This document shows positions 63,000-64,000 of a DNA stretch of 64,000 nt, in pieces. Each line of letters begins with the position of its first letter. Within the stretch, counting starts at the first letter, position 1. The translations under genes and the position numbers were made by a program. This DNA comes from Mobula hypostoma (lineage: Eukaryota): positions 150,414,001 through 150,478,000 of the forward strand of contig NC_086097.1 of the NCBI RefSeq assembly GCF_963921235.1. The letters run 5' to 3'. Under the pieces are notes generated by a model. The model saw only the letters and a program-made list of their open reading frames with translations, did not search any database and was not told the origin of the DNA.

Positions 63000-64000
63000 T
63001 TAAACATGCCCACTGCACATTTTCCAAGTATATCCTTTCCCAATTAATGCTCCTAAATTCCTGCCCAATCGCATCATAATTCACCCTCCCCCCCAATTAA
63101 TTAGTTTTCTATATTGTCTCCCAAATGTCACACACTACGAGATCCATTCCTTGATTTCATTCATTGTTTTGTACTCAATCCACTAGTACTCGCTTCTCAG
63201 TCGACCTGTCTGCGTAATGTGTCAGGACTTCTTCCTGGACATACCTAATAAATTCTGCCGCCCTAAAACTTCTGCAGTAAGGAGGTGCCAAACAATACTA
63301 GGTAAGTCCAAGTTACCCATAACAATAACCCTGGTATTTCTGCACTTTCCGGAAATTTGTTACTACTCGGGATTCTATAGAACACTCCCAAAAGTGTGTG
63401 TTCCCTTCTTGTTTCTGACTTCCATCCACATCCACTCAGTAGATGATGCCTCCACAACGTTCTCCCTTTCTGTAGTTGTGATACTACTACTGATTTGCAA
63501 TGCCACTCCGCTACCCCTGTCATTTTGAAATATCTAGAGCCAGAGGCATCCAGCAGCCATCCTCCCCTTGTGACAGCCAGAATGGCCAGAATGTTGTAGT
63601 TCCATGTACTGATCCATGCTCTAAGTTCATCATCTTGTTCCTGAGACTTCTTGCATTAAAATAAGACACATTTCAACCCATCCAACTGAGTGCAAATATG
63701 CTCTCCCCACTGCCTATCCGTCCCCACAGACTCTCTACATGTGTCTACATGTTGCATCTACCTGTACACCGTCTACTCCATCCTCCAACCTATCAGTCCA
63801 GTTCCTAACCCAGGTCAACCTACTTTAAAACCTGCCCAACAACTCTAGCAAACCTGCCTACAAGGATATTGGTTCCCTTCAAGTTGAGGTGTAACCCATC
63901 CTTTTTGTACAGGTCATACTTTCCCCAGAAGAGCCCCAATGATCCACAAATCTTAAACGCTGCCCCGCTGCACCAATTCTTCATCTGCCATATCATCCTA
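63000..64000 (-). mobile_element. Old CR1 fragment (ORF1 end / endonuclease), runs off window
   Basis: TLLGVFYR in 63263-63523; 63830-63990 collinear with 9245-9410. Confidence 0.7.

Overview
Repeat-dense vertebrate genomic DNA. The repeat landscape (CR1/HER1-type LINEs, V-SINE/HE1-type SINEs, Rex1/Babar, L1, Penelope remnants) suggests a cartilaginous fish, probably a ray; this is inference. The only host gene I can support is the 3' end of ZFAT on the minus strand: four phase-compatible coding exons at 54201-54080, 48142-48016, 35501-35374 and 29182-28937, with a candidate polyA signal at about 28345. Almost everything else is nested mobile DNA: a decayed Gypsy element split by a solo LTR; a CR1 containing a second solo LTR that itself holds a CR1 tail; a hAT inside a hAT; a Tc1 carrying Rex1 and Penelope inserts; a Rex1 carrying an L1 and a Harbinger; and a young 5'-inverted L1. 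Most interesting: (1) two independent L1 copies share the same in-frame TAA just before the C-terminal CCHC domain of ORF2; (2) tiny Penelope-derived inserts repeatedly have 14-bp TSDs, often fold back, and carry a minimal hammerhead ribozyme motif, one copy with an intact core being sense to ZFAT; (3) the Gypsy RT has YLDN instead of YxDD; (4) a hAT apparently moved using a cryptic outer end. I found no unambiguous new biological system. Family names come from motif recognition, not database searches, and ends of degraded fragments are approximate.
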